Below are positions 61,493 through 64,000 of a DNA stretch of 64,000 nt, piece after piece. The stretch comes from an uncultured Nitrospiraceae bacterium (lineage in GTDB: Bacteria > Hydrogenedentota > Hydrogenedentia > Hydrogenedentales > SLHB01). Position 1 is the first letter of the stretch, and the number at the start of each line of letters is the position of its first letter. The stretch is from NCBI GenBank assembly GCA_964402555.1, contig CAYOCT010000001.1, forward strand, positions 204,049-268,048, in the 5' to 3' direction. The notes beneath the pieces are model-generated. The model ran no database searches, was not told where the DNA came from, and saw only the letters and a program-made list of their open reading frames with translations. The position numbers and the translations under genes are program-made.

Positions 61493-63970
61493 ATGCCGAT
61501 AGACCGTCAGATGTTGCCGCAAATCCATTCCAGCATGCTGGCCGCCAAGGCGCGAATCATCTTTGACAAGGAGAGGACGAAGGGGTGTTTACCTGAAATC
61601 TCCTCGACACCGGTTGAGCTGGAACCGCCCTTTCAGGCGCTTGTGGACCCAGAGGACCTGCTCTACGTCGCCGAACAGCCCCCCTTCACTCCAACGATGC
61701 CGCCCATCAAGGAGGACTGGATTCGGCTCAAGATATGGGTGCCCCCCGGACAGGAGTGCGACTGGCTCAGGAATGAACACGTCGTCAAGCAGTTTGTCGC
61801 CCTCAAGCACAGGATCACGTTCGAAATCACTGGAAACCGCGACGGGATTTCTCTGGCCCATCTGTGCCACAAGGAGGATGAGCCCGTAGTGCGTGCCGCA
61901 ACATGCGGTTTCTTTCCGGACTGCGAATTCTCCGTGTGCCGCGATCACCCGCTGGATCTCCTGCCGGAGGCTGCATGGCAAAGCGCTGTCTTCGATGATT
62001 TCTACACGCCGCCTCCCTACAGTCATCTGTTGACGAGGCCAAGCGAACTTAAGCTGTCGCCGCTTGAATCACTGGTGAACGCTTTGAGCATCCTTGCCCC
62101 ACCGAGCGTGGGAGTCTACCAAGTCGTCCTTCAGCCGACGCCCCACAATCACGCGTGGTCCTGCAATGTGGAACTTCTCATCGACCTCGAGTACCTGATG
62201 AAGTTGCACAGCGGCCACCCTGTACAGCAGCGTTTCACGCAGCAAGCACCGTCGGGCCAACTCAACAACATGGCCAATGACGTCGAAACCAAATCCCACC
62301 CTGACAAGCCGTTCTTCTGCGCAGCTGTGCGCGTAGGTCTCCTGGGGCACACAAATGGCGGCCCATCCAACACGCTGCGCGCACTAACCCCCTTCATGAA
62401 CCTGTTTCAGCATGGCAAACGCCCGCTCGAAACACTAACGCAGGACGATTATCTTCGACACGTCTCGTCCCGACAAACGCGCGACATGTTCAGACTTGGC
62501 GTGACATACCGGGCCGGGGCTCTGCTCAACAGCGCAGAGGTCTCCGGCCTGCTGCACGTTCCTCCTATGCAAGTACTCATACGCCGTCGTATCGATATCT
62601 CTGTTGCGAATTCCTTTCCCGCTCGTGGCGAAGCGTTACGGGGGGGCACATGCATCGGCATCGCCACGTCGGCAGAAGAAAGCACGAAGGTGTGTATACC
62701 CGACGAACGGCGTTGCTCCCATGTTTACATTCCCGGCAAACCCGGGACAGGAAAGACCTGCGCGATGATTCATGCCTGCGGCGAGGATATTGCCCATGGG
62801 CACGGTATTGCGATTATCGACCCGCATGACGATCTTTGCGCAGGGGTCATGAACCGCATTGCCGAGCGGGACCTCGACAGGGTCATCTATTTCGATCCGG
62901 GGCACCCGACACTTGTGCCGCTCTGGAATTTCCTTGCCCCGCAGAGTGGCCAACTTGCCGACCGCCAAGCAGATGATCGCCTGAGTGCCTTTACTCAGGT
63001 AACGACCGGCTGGGGGCATCGACTTGAAACGCTCATGCGTCAGGCGTTCTTCGGCCTCATCCAAACGGGCGCAGGCACCCTGCTCGATGTGTCCCGGCTC
63101 CTGTCAACTGACACCCCCGAGAGGGAGCGGATACGTCTGCGGATCTTAGAGGTCGTCGAAAACGAAAAGGCGCGGTACTTTTGGGAACACGAACTCAAGA
63201 CATACCGCAAGGAGGATTTCGCTCCCGTGCAACACAAATTGAGCAAACTCTTGCTTTATGAGACAGCGGCTTTGATGTTTTCGCAACTGGAAAATCGCTT
63301 CGATTTCCGCGAAATGATGGACACCGGCAAGATCTTCATCGCCAACCTGGCAAACGTGGGCAGCGAAGCGCGCGACATTTTGGGCAGCTTGCTGCTGTCC
63401 GTGTTCCATCTTGCCGCGCTGAGCAGAAGTAATATCCCCGACCACGCCCGCAAACCATTCCATGTCTATGTAGATGAGGCGCACCGCTTTGTAACTCCAG
63501 CCATGGAAGACATGCTGGCCGAAACGCGCAAGTATGACTGTAGCCTCACACTTGCACACCAGTACTTAAGTCAGTTCCAGGAGGCGAAGCGGGTCGATGC
63601 GCTGGGTGTTGTGGGTACGACAATTGCCTTCAATGTCGCCGCTACGGATGCGCCGCGGATCGCCAAATTCTTGGGAGGCCAAGTGTCCGCCGAGGATTTG
63701 ACCACGCTTGCACATCGGGAAGCCATCGCTCGAATCGGTAACGACGTGGTTCGGATAATGACGCCTAATCTTAGCGAGATACGTGACACATCGATGGGTG
63801 ATCGGGCAAAGCAACTTTCCTATGACAGATACTACAAACCCGTGCAAGAAGTCCGGGATGCCGTCCGTAGGAGGATCAAGACTTCGACTAAGTGCTCACC
63901 TGCCGGACCGCATCGTTCTCGCGGGGAGATCTCGATGAAGGGATATCAGTATGACGAGTTCCCTTCCTAA
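61493..63970 (+). CDS. FtsK/HerA-superfamily P-loop ATPase (TraD/VirD4- or DUF87-like)
   Basis: Walker A HVYIPGKPGTGKT. Walker B HVYVDEAHRF. Confidence 0.7.
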   Translation: MPIDRQMLPQIHSSMLAAKARIIFDKERTKGCLPEISSTPVELEPPFQALVDPEDLLYVAEQPPFTPTMPPIKEDWIRLKIWVPPGQECDWLRNEHVVKQFVALKHRITFEITGNRDGISLAHLCHKEDEPVVRAATCGFFPDCEFSVCRDHPLDLLPEAAWQSAVFDDFYTPPPYSHLLTRPSELKLSPLESLVNALSILAPPSVGVYQVVLQPTPHNHAWSCNVELLIDLEYLMKLHSGHPVQQRFTQQAPSGQLNNMANDVETKSHPDKPFFCAAVRVGLLGHTNGGPSNTLRALTPFMNLFQHGKRPLETLTQDDYLRHVSSRQTRDMFRLGVTYRAGALLNSAEVSGLLHVPPMQVLIRRRIDISVANSFPARGEALRGGTCIGIATSAEESTKVCIPDERRCSHVYIPGKPGTGKTCAMIHACGEDIAHGHGIAIIDPHDDLCAGVMNRIAERDLDRVIYFDPGHPTLVPLWNFLAPQSGQLADRQADDRLSAFTQVTTGWGHRLETLMRQAFFGLIQTGAGTLLDVSRLLSTDTPERERIRLRILEVVENEKARYFWEHELKTYRKEDFAPVQHKLSKLLLYETAALMFSQLENRFDFREMMDTGKIFIANLANVGSEARDILGSLLLSVFHLAALSRSNIPDHARKPFHVYVDEAHRFVTPAMEDMLAETRKYDCSLTLAHQYLSQFQEAKRVDALGVVGTTIAFNVAATDAPRIAKFLGGQVSAEDLTTLAHREAIARIGNDVVRIMTPNLSEIRDTSMGDRAKQLSYDRYYKPVQEVRDAVRRRIKTSTKCSPAGPHRSRGEISMKGYQYDEFPS

Positions 63971-64000
63971 AGACGAACTTGACGGAATTCTGAACGAAAC

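Overview
This is a high-GC (~58-60%) bacterial accessory region with no rRNA, tRNA or CRISPR. I see three parts. (1) Left edge: the 3' end of an IS21-family element (IstA C-terminus, IstB, and IstA-binding terminal repeats) inserted into a YhaN-like ATPase gene. (2) About 2.2-17.3 kb: a defence-island-like block made of an overlapping minus-strand SLOG/DprA-like, PIN, ASCH+transglutaminase-like gene triplet; a Schlafen-like AlbA_2/HATPase_c_4 regulator; and a minus-strand operon of a small HTH protein, a PLD-nuclease/SNF2-helicase fusion, an Eco57I/PglX-like N6-adenine methyltransferase, a 655-aa Zn-ribbon protein and a 354-aa protein. (3) About 18-64 kb: a plasmid/ICE-like backbone. It carries a replication-relaxation gene with iteron-like repeats, ParA and a ParG-like gene, an Orc1/Cdc6-type AAA+ gene, ArdC, RadC and two FtsK/HerA-superfamily ATPases. 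It also carries many small ORFs threaded with a four-copy two-hairpin element showing compensatory base changes; duplicated gene pairs (two with the start codon inside a 20-bp inverted repeat); a RadC, vWA-metallopeptidase, MoxR AAA+ and SAP-domain module; a secreted metzincin with GE repeats; a 1290-aa Upf1-like SF1 helicase carrying DnaJ-type CxxCxGxG zinc-finger arrays with a wHTH partner; and an operon encoding a Lon-like (S16) protease-domain protein. All calls rest on motif reading of the supplied translations and DNA. No database searches were run.
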